In this document: positions 1 through 11,786 of the stretch, piece by piece
Position numbering within the stretch: the stretch's first letter is position 1
How the letters are laid out: each line of letters opens with the position of its first letter
Assembly: GCA_035310405.1 (NCBI GenBank)
Contig: DATGEF010000469.1
Location: 1 to 33,836, forward strand
Length of the DNA stretch: 33,836 nucleotides
Direction: 5' to 3'
DNA from: Chloroflexia bacterium
GTDB taxonomy: Bacteria > Chloroflexota > Chloroflexia > QHBQ01 > JAICKM01
Program-made: the position numbers and the translations under genes
The notes under the pieces: generated by a model
The model's input: the letters and a program-made list of their open reading frames with translations, nothing else
The model's database searches: none
Told to the model about the DNA's origin: nothing

Positions 1-1325
1 AGGCGGCGGGCCGCGCGCACGGCGCCCATGCGCGGCACCTGCTGGTCGATCTCGGCACTGGTGTCGCGCACATCGGCGTCGACCACGCTGTTCCACTGGT
101 CGCCCAGGTAGCGGGTGAGCTCGTTGCGGACCGCGGCCGCCTCGAGCGGCAGGCTGCCGGGCATGATCAGCGCGCTGTCGTCGTCGGTGCGCCAGATCTC
201 GTGGATGGCCTTGGCCATCAGGCGGAGGACGCCCCGGGTGCGCTGGAAGCGCTCCAGGCTGGCCCAGTCCTCGTAGAGGCGGTCGAAGACCTCCGGGTGC
301 AGCGGGTAGCTGGCGATCATGCGGCGCTCGTAGGCGGCCTCGCGGCACTCCTGCGGGAAGTCGGTGGGGTTCTGGCGGTAGAGGCTGCCGAAGGCCGCGA
401 CCGTGGCGTCGCGGGCGGCCTCGTCGGTGATCGGGCCGAAGAGCCGGCGGCGGACGACCTCGAAGGACTCGTGAACCTCGACCGGCTGCCAGACCTCTTC
501 CATGCGGCCGAAAACCTTCTCGACCTTGGTCAGCACGGTGCGGCCCGCCGCGCCGCCGAGCTCGTCGTCCGACTCGGGGATGGAGGCGATGAGCATCGCC
601 GTGGGCGTCGAGCGCACGGCCTCGGTCAGGGCTTGGAGGAAGGTAAGGTTGGCGCTGAGGCTGCCGGCGCGCAGCTTCTTGACGGGCGCTTCCAGGTTAC
701 GGAGGAAGGCGACCAGCTCGTCCATCAGGATCACACAGGGCCCCACCTGGTCGAGCAAACGGCGGAGCTGGTCGGCGCCGGGCGCCACGCCCGCCTGGTC
801 GGCATCCTCGACTATCTGGTAGCCGCGCAGGTTGCCGAGCTGCGCGGCGATCTCGCCCCAGAGGGTATGGACCTCGACACCCAGTGGGGTCAGGATCGGT
901 GAGGGGTCCGTGGCACTCAGGTCGGTGCCGACGATGACCGCCACCCCGACCTGGGGCGGCATGCCCCCCGCTTCCTCCACCAGCTCGCGCACCGCGGGCA
1001 CGGCCTGCGCCTCGGCCGGGGCGCGGAGCAGGTGGTAGAGGGCAATCATGGTGTGCGTCTTGCCGCCGCCGAAAGCGGTCTTGAGCTGGACCACGGGCGC
1101 CTCGCCCTGGCCGCGCATGCGGGTGAGGGCGGCGATCAGCAGGCGGCGCATGCCGGCGGTAAGGTAGGTGCGGCGGAAGAACTCGCCGGGGTCGCGATAC
1201 TCGTCCTTCTCTTTACCCCGGCGCACGTCGGCCAGGTTGGCGGCGAACTCGGCCTGTAGGTAGCGGCCGCTCTGGACGTCGGGGTGCGGCGCGACGATGT
1301 GGCGCCAGGGGGTCAGGATGGGCAT
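1..1325 (-). CDS. DUF499/BrxC-like AAA ATPase, the ATPase component of the helicase-methylase-ATPase (Hma-type) operon; partial, 3' end runs off the window
   Basis: It is absent from the ORF track because it is open at position 1. My translation of the minus strand from the ATG at 1325-1323 gives MPILTPWRHIVAPHPDVQSGRYLQAEFAANLADV...VVQLKTAFGGGKTHTMIALYHL (Walker A GGGKTH)...CVILMDELVAFL (Walker B-like)...ASYPLHPEVFDRLYEDWASLERFQRTRGVLRLMA. This is the typical DUF499 N-terminal layout. The + strand ORFs 201..902, 502..822, 832..1038 and 1032..1259 are antisense artefacts of this gene. Confidence 0.85.
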   Translation of the reverse strand, partial: MPILTPWRHIVAPHPDVQSGRYLQAEFAANLADVRRGKEKDEYRDPGEFFRRTYLTAGMRRLLIAALTRMRGQGEAPVVQLKTAFGGGKTHTMIALYHLLRAPAEAQAVPAVRELVEEAGGMPPQVGVAVIVGTDLSATDPSPILTPLGVEVHTLWGEIAAQLGNLRGYQIVEDADQAGVAPGADQLRRLLDQVGPCVILMDELVAFLRNLEAPVKKLRAGSLSANLTFLQALTEAVRSTPTAMLIASIPESDDELGGAAGRTVLTKVEKVFGRMEEVWQPVEVHESFEVVRRRLFGPITDEAARDATVAAFGSLYRQNPTDFPQECREAAYERRMIASYPLHPEVFDRLYEDWASLERFQRTRGVLRLMAKAIHEIWRTDDDSALIMPGSLPLEAAAVRNELTRYLGDQWNSVVDADVRDTSAEIDQQVPRMGAVRAARR

Positions 1326-1351
1326 AGTAGTGCTCACTTGGTTTAGATGAC

Positions 1352-2014
1352 TTATAGCTGTAAATAGATCAAATAGAGACCGAAAGCGCTGGTTCTAGAG
1401 TTATCAGGGTCGGTATTCTGGCCATAGTATTCTTGAAAAAGACTTTGCAGATCAGCTAAATAACTGTTGATTTGTTGCCGACTTTGAATTCTCTCACCTA
1501 CTTCACATGACACGACTCGTTCAATAAAATGCCCCCACCGACTTTCTGCTGCTAAGCACTTATATGGAGTCTTGGCTCTTGGATTATTATACCAAGCGTT
1601 TGTGTCATTGTGACAACCAGGACGCCAGAAGATACAATGTTCTAGAGCGGATCGTGATATTTTCCTGTTAAGAAATGTTGGCAAGCAATAGAATATTTCC
1701 TTTCGGCGTTGTAAAAGCGAAAATTGCCCCTTAGGATTTGCAAAATCCCATCTAATTCTTGAATAATCTAATGATGTGTTAGTTTGCGTTGATCTTACCT
1801 TCGTCTGCTTGAACTGCAAGCCAATTATTTTGCCATCCATATATAAATGCTCGTCGGCTGGCCAAGTAACCTCATCCCTTGGTGAAACTGCCCAAATCAA
1901 TGACCTCATCCCAATTCTGCTAAAATAATCCTCAATTTGCTGAACAGTCCAGGCTTCGTATTCGCGCTCTTGAGGTATTGAAAGGTATCGCTGCAGGAAA
2001 ACTGGCATCCGCAT
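1352..2014 (-). CDS. Hypothetical 220-aa protein with no family I recognise; possible PD-(D/E)xK-like nuclease motif; low-GC cargo gene embedded in the operon
   Basis: It is a clean ORF in a region of sharply lower GC (23/60 GC by hand count at 1441-1500). An AAAGGGA Shine-Dalgarno-like sequence lies upstream of the ATG. It sits 26 bp upstream of the DUF499 start on the same strand. The sequence has E16/E18/E20 in an N-terminal helix-like stretch, then W-P-A-D54, and 13 residues later L-Q67-F-K69 (nt 1808-1861). This resembles a D...(D/E/Q)xK nuclease core. The functional call is inference only. Confidence 0.8.
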   Translation of the reverse strand: MRMPVFLQRYLSIPQEREYEAWTVQQIEDYFSRIGMRSLIWAVSPRDEVTWPADEHLYMDGKIIGLQFKQTKVRSTQTNTSLDYSRIRWDFANPKGQFSLLQRRKEIFYCLPTFLNRKISRSALEHCIFWRPGCHNDTNAWYNNPRAKTPYKCLAAESRWGHFIERVVSCEVGERIQSRQQINSYLADLQSLFQEYYGQNTDPDNSRTSAFGLYLIYLQL

Positions 2015-2061
2015 TCCCTTTATGACGATTTGCTCGTAGATTTGCTATCGCACCGCGCCGG

Positions 2062-2230
2062 CTACAGCTCTAACTGGCCTTGTATTGCCCGCGACCCCAC
2101 CGCCGCCGCCAGCCGTTGGATCTCGGGCCAGTCGGCGACGAGATTGTTGTAGCCCAGCGCGTCCTCGGTCCAGCCGTGGCCGGGCGCGCTCGCGACCTGG
2201 TAGAGCGCGTAGGCGAGGATGCGGGCCTGC
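2062..2230 (-). pseudogene. Orphan 3'-terminal fragment (about 56 codons plus stop) of a second DUF1156 methyltransferase allele
   Basis: The minus-strand reading gives ...ARILAYALYQVASAPGHGWTEDALGYNNLVADWPEIQRLAAAVGSRAIQGQLEL*. The intact gene ends ...ARTLAYALYQVASAPGHGWTEDALGYNNLVADWPEIQRLAAAVPGRPTQLGFGV*. The stop codon is at the same distance (36 nt) from the repeat in both copies. Homology ends abruptly at 2230, and there is no upstream coding continuation; ORF 2062..2478 beyond that point overlaps the KAP gene 3' end and is spurious. Confidence 0.8.
2098..2230. repeat. Direct repeat copy A (133 bp), partner at 4555-4687
   Basis: Hand alignment of 2098-2230 against 4555-4687 gives 7 mismatches in 133 nt, in the same orientation, with an offset of 2457 bp. 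This high-GC segment is embedded between the low-GC 220-aa gene and the KAP gene. Confidence 0.9.
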
Positions 2231-2296
2231 GAGGGTGAAACTGTTCGTCGCTGGCTTGCGCATGGGCACGAGCGGGGCGGGCCGACGGCCGGTGTG

Positions 2297-4501
2297 TTAG
2301 GAGTCACTGGCGATCCTTTCTGTCCCCTGCTCAGAGGCTCCGGGCTCGAAAGGTTCATGCGGATCGATTCCCTGCTGTCTTTTAGCATACCCGATCTCAA
2401 ACTGCCGAATGACCTCCACCTCATTCTCATCAAGTGTTCCATCACTTGTGATTTGCTGCAGGCGAGCGTGGAGCGCATCAGCGTCCAGAAAAGGGGTCAA
2501 GGATTCAAGATCCATACTCTGGCGCACGTGAGTTGTCGCGTCGGTTAGTGAGAGTAATCTTCGTGTGTCCACGAAACAGTCCAAGAAGGCCAGGAGCCTA
2601 TGAACATCTTCAGTACTCGATTGGACCCAGTGTCGAACTGGTTGTTCGCCAACGTGCTCCCGCCAAAACCGGAGCGTTCGTCCCAAATTGGGAGACTCCA
2701 GCAGATACCCACCCTGCGCGGCATCCTGGATTCTCGCTACAACAAGCCTGTCTAACTCTTCCCACTCCGCGAGGGTAATGAGTGGTTCTGGTGCTACGGT
2801 GCCACCGTATTTACCATGCTCCGCACCGAGTGCCTCCGCGAGTTGCACTATTGTCGCGATGGCCGGGCTTTGCTCCATGGCGCCGTTTAACACTGTGACC
2901 CGGCTTGGTAGCGGAAGCCTATCCAGGAGGCCAGTCACCACCCTGTACAGTATGGTATTAAGCGACAAACTACGCACCCCCGCCCCCTTATCAGATAGGA
3001 GGAGTTGGTCACCGACCTGTAGCAACGCCGTGACAATTATTGCGGTGTTCTCATGTGGGATGTGCTGCTCGACGTAATCCCCAACGTAAGACAAGAAGAT
3101 GCGAAGGCGAGTCGTACCGTCGACCCCCTGCTGCTTGCCGAGTTCCAGGAGTTTTGCACTCAACTGATCTGTGTTGTTGGCCAATGCCAGTATGGCGCGC
3201 ATTTCCATGTTTGAAATGCTATCGCTCGGAACCGCCATACGAAAATAGATCTCAAATTTGCTCCGGCTGGCGACACGTAGTTCTCGCCTCCATCGGTGTT
3301 CCCATTCTGATCCGTAGTGTGTGTTTGTCCAGACAGCATCAAGTTTCGGGAAAAGGTTCCGCAACAGGCGTTGCAGCGCCTTCGGGTCCGCCACCTGTGC
3401 CTCACTAATCAGGGTGTCATAGAATTCGCGCTGAGTAGAGAGGTCAGGCGTACTGCGACTGCCTGAGTAGGAGTTGGGAGCAGTGCCAGCAAACATATCA
3501 GGATGCTGCCGAATTGCATCGTAGACAGTGGGGCAAAAGAGACGCAGACTCTCAATTGCGACAAAGTCTATGGGGTTGACTTCCGCATGGACGACTGGAT
3601 AGGTGAAAGCTAAGGCGTTCATGAGACGCGCCACGTCCCTGGGAGTCTTCAAGAACTTAGTGATGGGCGGGAACGTTAGATTCCAGCGCCCTTGATCGAG
3701 GAGATCAGGGGAAATGTCCCCTAATAATTCCGTCAAATGCTCTGCACACAGGCGACCAAGCTGCTCCTGACCCAGGCTGGGTAGTTGGATAGGCACCTGA
3801 ATAATCTTATCCAGATAGTCAGCTCCACGCGCTCCTTGCAGTCCACCGAGTGCCTCGGTTACAACGTCGCGGTCGAACGCTAACAGGTAGACCACATTGG
3901 GGAAATTTGCAACGGCTTTGACTAAGCGAAATAACTGACGAATTTCATCAGATGTTAATCGATCAATATCATCGATAATTACAAGTATTCGCTTGTTACT
4001 AAGCCTAAGAGTTGCAGAGATCTGCTCTTTGAGAGCAGATACATCGCCTCGTTCGCGCTTCGACAAACGCGCTACTAGCTTTGGGAACCAAGCTACTGAT
4101 TCCGGTAGAGGCGCATCCGATACAACATCAGCGAACTGCCCGAGCCTATCGAGAAACTCCTTCCCTACACTTTTCCATTTGCGTGCGAGAGTTGATTTGA
4201 GTTGACTGAAAAAACTCCTCGTTAGGTCTTCTTGTCCCGAGAACCACCACGGATTGAATCGAACGATTACTGGCTGATTCTCGTCCGTCTCTTGCTGCAG
4301 GTACTGTTCTACAAACTCCAATAGCGTTGACTTACCCGCGCCCCAAGAACCATAGATCGCTATGACGAGGCCATGTGGGGGCGTCTGCTTCGTGATACTC
4401 TGTGCCAGCTTCTGTGCGTAGGGGGCATAGCCAAGGCGGTCCTTTTTAGGATCGGTCAGAGGTTGATCTGCAGACCATTGGCTATTCTGGGGTAATCCCA
4501 T
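2297..4501 (-). CDS. KAP-family P-loop NTPase (734 aa), soluble form without the transmembrane insert
   Basis: The N-terminus is DPKKDRLGYAPYAQKLAQSI...GLVIAIYGSWGAGKSTLLEFV (Walker A, nt 4325-4351). This is followed by VRFNPWWF and then KRILVIIDDIDRLTSDEIRQLFRLVKAV (Walker B). That is the canonical KAP order and spacing. I see no hydrophobic TM segments between Walker A and B. A strong SD (GGGGGAGG) lies upstream of the ATG, 17 bp downstream of the methylase stop. GC is intermediate to low (21/60 at 3961-4020, 33/60 at 2701-2760). Confidence 0.9.
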   Translation of the reverse strand: MGLPQNSQWSADQPLTDPKKDRLGYAPYAQKLAQSITKQTPPHGLVIAIYGSWGAGKSTLLEFVEQYLQQETDENQPVIVRFNPWWFSGQEDLTRSFFSQLKSTLARKWKSVGKEFLDRLGQFADVVSDAPLPESVAWFPKLVARLSKRERGDVSALKEQISATLRLSNKRILVIIDDIDRLTSDEIRQLFRLVKAVANFPNVVYLLAFDRDVVTEALGGLQGARGADYLDKIIQVPIQLPSLGQEQLGRLCAEHLTELLGDISPDLLDQGRWNLTFPPITKFLKTPRDVARLMNALAFTYPVVHAEVNPIDFVAIESLRLFCPTVYDAIRQHPDMFAGTAPNSYSGSRSTPDLSTQREFYDTLISEAQVADPKALQRLLRNLFPKLDAVWTNTHYGSEWEHRWRRELRVASRSKFEIYFRMAVPSDSISNMEMRAILALANNTDQLSAKLLELGKQQGVDGTTRLRIFLSYVGDYVEQHIPHENTAIIVTALLQVGDQLLLSDKGAGVRSLSLNTILYRVVTGLLDRLPLPSRVTVLNGAMEQSPAIATIVQLAEALGAEHGKYGGTVAPEPLITLAEWEELDRLVVARIQDAAQGGYLLESPNLGRTLRFWREHVGEQPVRHWVQSSTEDVHRLLAFLDCFVDTRRLLSLTDATTHVRQSMDLESLTPFLDADALHARLQQITSDGTLDENEVEVIRQFEIGYAKRQQGIDPHEPFEPGASEQGTERIASDS

Positions 4502-4518
4502 GTGACGTCCGCCTCCCC

Positions 4519-7343
4519 CTACACCCCGAACCCCAGCTGCGTCGGCCGCCCCGGCACCGCGGCGGCAAGCCGCTGGATCTCGGGCCAGTCGGCGACGAGG
4601 TTGTTGTAGCCCAGCGCGTCCTCCGTCCAGCCGTGGCCGGGCGCGCTCGCGACCTGGTAGAGCGCGTAGGCGAGGGTGCGGGCCTGCTCGGCGACGCCGC
4701 CGAGGGCCGCGGCCACCGCGGCCGCCGCGGCGTTGCCGCCCTGGCGGTGCGCGGCGACCAGGTGGTGCGTGGCGCTCCAGATGGTGAGCGCGGGCTCGTC
4801 GCGCGGGTCCCAGGCATCCTGGTAAGCGGCCGCGCCGGCCGGGTAGAGCTGCACAAAGCCCCCGCCCTGCTGCAACAGGCCCTCGCGGGCCAGCCGGGTC
4901 AACGAGATATTCGCGCCCTTGCTCATGCTCTCGGCTTCGCCATAGCGCCCGGGTTTCGTGCCGTAGACCTTGTACCAGCGGAGGCAGAACTGCGTGGCCG
5001 GGTCCAGATCGCCTTCCTGCTCGGCGAAGTAGGTCTGGATGACTTCGTTGATCGCGACCAGCGCAGCGCGCAAGGTCATGGGCCGGCCATCCGGCTCCAG
5101 CACTTTAGCATAAGCAGAGAAGACGGCCATGCCGGGCCCGATGGCCGCCTGGTCGAGGTCGACAGGGGCGACGCGGCCACTGGTGAGCACGGTGAGTGCG
5201 GCGGGCAGACTGCTCTTGAGGGCGCGCTGGAACTCGCGGCGGGTACCGAGCGGTGCCTCTGACGGGCGCGGTCGGCAGACAAGCACGATAGAAGAGGCAA
5301 GATTATTGAACCCCTTCTTCAGTGCTGTAAGCATCTCGGTCCGCATTGGCCAGGTGCCAGTGATCTGGAAGCCCGCTTTGAGTAGTGCTTCAAGCATGGT
5401 CTCCCAGCCCGTCGAAATAGCTGCGGGTGCTTTATTTCCACTTTCATCCTCATCACCGGCCTCGGCCTGCTTAAAGGCATAATAGATAGTTAGCGGGTAG
5501 TTGGGGTTTGCCACAGAATACATGCGCTCAAACACTGTCGCCAGGCCTTTCTCGAAGTACTCCTTGGCGGCTTCACTACTTCCCGCAAAACGATACGGCA
5601 TTGCTACGAGTTCTTGTGTCTTAGGAGCTAGTAACGTACTAAACAAACTTGGGTAAATTTTACTAAGAGTACGGCGAAGCCATACATAGAAAAAGTCAGA
5701 CAAATCAGCATAACCAATATTATCGTAATAAGGCGGATCAGTAGAAATGATCATACCATTGCCACTTATGTTCCTAGCATCTAGATTCATGACATGAACA
5801 CGCTGGTCATTTGCGACTTTAGGCAAGCTCGCACTCAGATTCCGTGCGAGGTTTTCGATTATGACCGCCCATGAGCCCGAGCTCTTTCCAGTTGGATTCG
5901 CCTCTGCAAAATTCCACTGCATAGGAATCGCTTGCCGGGCGAACAGATTCCGAGGACATTGTGCAACTGGCTCCCAGGGCGAGAGACTATTATTGAGGTC
6001 CGCTAATTTGTCTAACGCAAATGCCAAATATGTGGAGATAGCATCAGCATAAGCAAGAGCACCGCTGCCTCCGTCGTCGAGACTCTTCCCGTCCTCTGTC
6101 AACCCTGCAGCAACAGCGTCGATCCGTATCTTCTCTCGGGCTTCGCTTATGAGATCACTAAAAGTCGCGAGTCCGACTAACTGTCGATTAGTAAAAAGGT
6201 CACCGACTGTACTCAGTCCATATAGTGGGCACCAGATTGCTCTTCTATCACCAGCAAGTTGCTGTTCAGGCTTCCAATAAGGTTGGGCCTCCCCGGCGAT
6301 CTTGATCTGGTCACTATCAGGCGGCAGATAGATTCGTCCATTCTGGCTATGGGCCGCAATCGCCATTAATTGCATGGCCATCCGGCCTGAAACGCCTTCA
6401 TCCTTGATGTGCTGCTCGGGCGCAATCGTCCCGCAGGCTAAACAGCGGAATATCGAGCCGCGTCCGACTTTCGTGGGATCTGGCGATGCATCACTGCCGG
6501 ACTTGATGCTGAAGGTTACGACAGCAGGTCGCTGAGAATGGTCCACATTAGGCTCGGCCCATACCTTCGTTCCCGGCTTAGCAGACAACACAAACGAACG
6601 GATGAGTGGCATCTGCGCCCCACATGCCGGGTTAGGGCATTTGACCGTTCGCGCCCATAACCAAGCGATGATTGGGGCTTTAGTAATCCCGTACTCTTTG
6701 GGCAATTTCACCATGGGATAGAGATGCCCAAGCCGTTCTTCCGCCTGGTCACGAATCCATTGTCCGTAGTACGACAGATCCTCGATTAGCCCAGAAGCCC
6801 CGGCCCATGTACTTACACGCGCACCGCCCCTGTGGGTTTTCGGATTAACTGGAGCAGACCCTCCGAATCGCAGCGGGATTTCAACGATGGCCTTTGTAAT
6901 CAGAACTGATACAGGATTGAGATCACTTGCATAAACCTCTAGGCCGAGGCGCAAAGCTTCCAGAGGAATCGCACCGCTCCCGGCGAAAGGATCGAGCATC
7001 GGCGGGGGGTTTCCGTTTGTACATCTGTCTATCTCGATCCGTGCCTGTCGAAGGACTTGTGAGTCGTTGATGTTTTCCCACTTTACCAGCGATTCGATGA
7101 GGCGAAAGAGGCGAAGGCGTTCTGCGTTTTGAGTCTCCTCATCAGGAAACTCATCAGGGTGGCTAGAGGGATCATCCACTAGTGACGCAAAGAGGACCGC
7201 TCTACAAGTTGCGAGCGGGCGGCGCGCCCACCATGGATGGAGCGTAGCAGGATGCCCATGACGTATCGTCTTTTCCCGGGCCGAGGCGGCGTTGATGGCC
7301 TCCAGGGGCAGGGCGACTTCGATCAGCTTCCTGCGCGGCGCGG

Positions 7344-7347
<4 letters not shown>
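4519..7347 (-). CDS. DUF1156-type DNA methyltransferase (N6-adenine/N4-cytosine class, DPPY motif, Zn-ribbon), 942 aa
   Basis: The N-terminus KLIEVALPLEAINAASAREKTIRHGHPATLHPWWARRPLATCRAVLFASL is the DUF1156 signature. An AdoMet-binding-like LDPFAGSGAIPLEALRLG follows. Cys pairs CPNPAC...CLAC form a Zn-ribbon. The catalytic motif is STDPPYYDNIGYADLSDFFYVWLRR (DPPY at nt 5728-5739). The ATG overlaps the helicase stop by 4 nt (ATGA at 7344-7347). Confidence 0.92.
4555..4687. repeat. Direct repeat copy B (133 bp), inside the 3' end of the intact methyltransferase gene
   Basis: See copy A at 2098-2230. Confidence 0.9.
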
Positions 7348-10958
<3,611 letters not shown>

Positions 10959-11046
10959 GGCGAAGCACCCTTTCCTTTAGCGTAGGAGGAATTTGCAGGA
11001 GGCCCGGGCGTGCGTCGCGGTTGTCCCGACCGGCGACGCTTTGTGC

Positions 11047-11055
11047 ATTGTAGCA
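11047..11055 (-). promoter_or_regulatory. Putative extended -10 promoter element (TGCTACAAT) for the helicase-methylase-ATPase operon
   Basis: The minus strand reads CTGCTACAATGC, 89 nt upstream of the helicase ATG. The same TGCTAYAAT element occurs upstream of four other transcription units in this window. Confidence 0.5.
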
Positions 11056-11096
11056 GGTTTGGCCCTCGGTCGCAACTCGGCGGTCCCGGGGTTCAA

Positions 11097-11319
11097 GAGC
11101 GGACCGATCGTGCCGAGCACGCGGCGCAGAAGGGGATGCGCCGTTATTCGGACTGTGGGAGAGGGCTCGGCCCTCGAAATACTCGCCTCATGACCCGGCG
11201 TAGGATCGGGGCCCACCCACGCGGCCAGAGCGTCGAGGGCCGAGCCCTCTCCCACAGCCGCGTCAGGCGCGGGTAGTGCCCATCACCGACGCCCCGTTGC
11301 ACACACGATCGGTCCGCTC
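11097..11319. repeat. Nested perfect inverted repeats in non-coding DNA (outer 16 bp, inner 25 bp)
   Basis: The outer arms are GAGCGGACCGATCGTG (11097-11112) and CACGATCGGTCCGCTC (11304-11319). The inner arms are CTGTGGGAGAGGGCTCGGCCCTCGA (11153-11177) and its exact reverse complement (11233-11257). Each inner arm also contains its own GAGGGC/GCCCTC palindrome. Confidence 0.85.
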
Positions 11320-11337
11320 CTGCCCCGGAGTGATGAT

Positions 11338-11390
11338 CGTCAGCCCGCGGAGGCGGGCTTCGCCCGGTGTTGCCGCGGCTTTAGCCGCCA
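11338..11390 (+). repeat. REP-like double-hairpin element, copy 1
   Basis: It consists of AGCCCGC-GGAG-GCGGGCT (11342-11359) followed by GCGGCT-TT-AGCCGC (11375-11388). A near-identical unit in the same orientation lies at 12477-12528. Confidence 0.75.
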
Positions 11391-11531
11391 GGCGTCCGCC
11401 CCAGGACCGCGCTGCCCGGAGGTCGCCGCGCTCCCCACCCCGGCACGGCACGCCGTGCCCCTACAACTGCCAAACGATGCTGCGCATCCTTCCTGGGGGC
11501 GGCGGGGTGGTTGTCAAATATCTTACGATCA

Positions 11532-11563
11532 GGCAGAGCAACTGACTCTTAATCAGTGGGTTC
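11532..11563 (+). other. 32-nt partial copy of tRNA-Lys (D-arm 3' half, anticodon arm, variable loop), inverted relative to the intact gene
   Basis: GGCAGAGCAACTGACTCTTAATCAGTGGGTTC on the + strand is identical to the reverse complement of 11657-11688, which lies inside the tRNA gene. Similarity stops on both sides. Confidence 0.9.
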
Positions 11564-11629
11564 TCGGTGGGGTGAAAAGATCGCTACTTTTCCGTCAAAA
11601 TAGGCCTGACATAAGCCTAAAATAGGGAT

Positions 11630-11705
<76 letters not shown>

Positions 11706-11757
11706 AAACGCTGCTCCAAGCCACCCGGTTAGGCCCGGTGGGGTTTGGAGCGTTATT

Positions 11758-11786
11758 ATTATAGCAGTTCGCCCCCCGCCTGTCAA
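11758..11786 (-). promoter_or_regulatory. Consensus sigma-70-type promoter for tRNA-Lys
   Basis: The minus strand reads TTGACA (11786-11781), a 17-nt spacer ending in TGC, then TATAAT (11763-11758). The -10 element lies 53 nt upstream of the mature tRNA 5' end. The -35 element overlaps the stop codon of the upstream membrane-protein gene. Confidence 0.8.

Noticed and set aside
201-1259. Plus-strand ORFs 201..902 (233 aa), 502..822, 832..1038 and 1032..1259
   Set aside because: They are Ala/Gly/Arg/Leu-rich translations with no motifs. They lie entirely antisense to a minus-strand reading frame that gives a clean DUF499 ATPase with a Walker A motif. These are typical high-GC antisense artefacts.
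2062-2548. ORFs 2062..2478 (138 aa, minus), 2045..2269, 2085..2300 and 2219..2548 as possible small genes between the 220-aa gene and the KAP gene
   Set aside because: Only the last 56 codons of 2062..2478 are meaningful, because they are homologous to the methylase C-terminus. The rest overlaps the 3' end of the KAP gene out of frame. The others are Arg/Pro-rich artefacts of the high-GC remnant. I annotated the region as a gene fragment, not a CDS.
10977-11545. Small ORFs in the non-coding region (10977..11255, 10993..11193, 11010..11276, 11263..11451, 11276..11545)
   Set aside because: They overlap each other in several frames and are built from the inverted-repeat and REP-like sequences. 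They have no SD-positioned starts and are Arg/Pro/Gly-rich. I treated the region as non-coding repeats.
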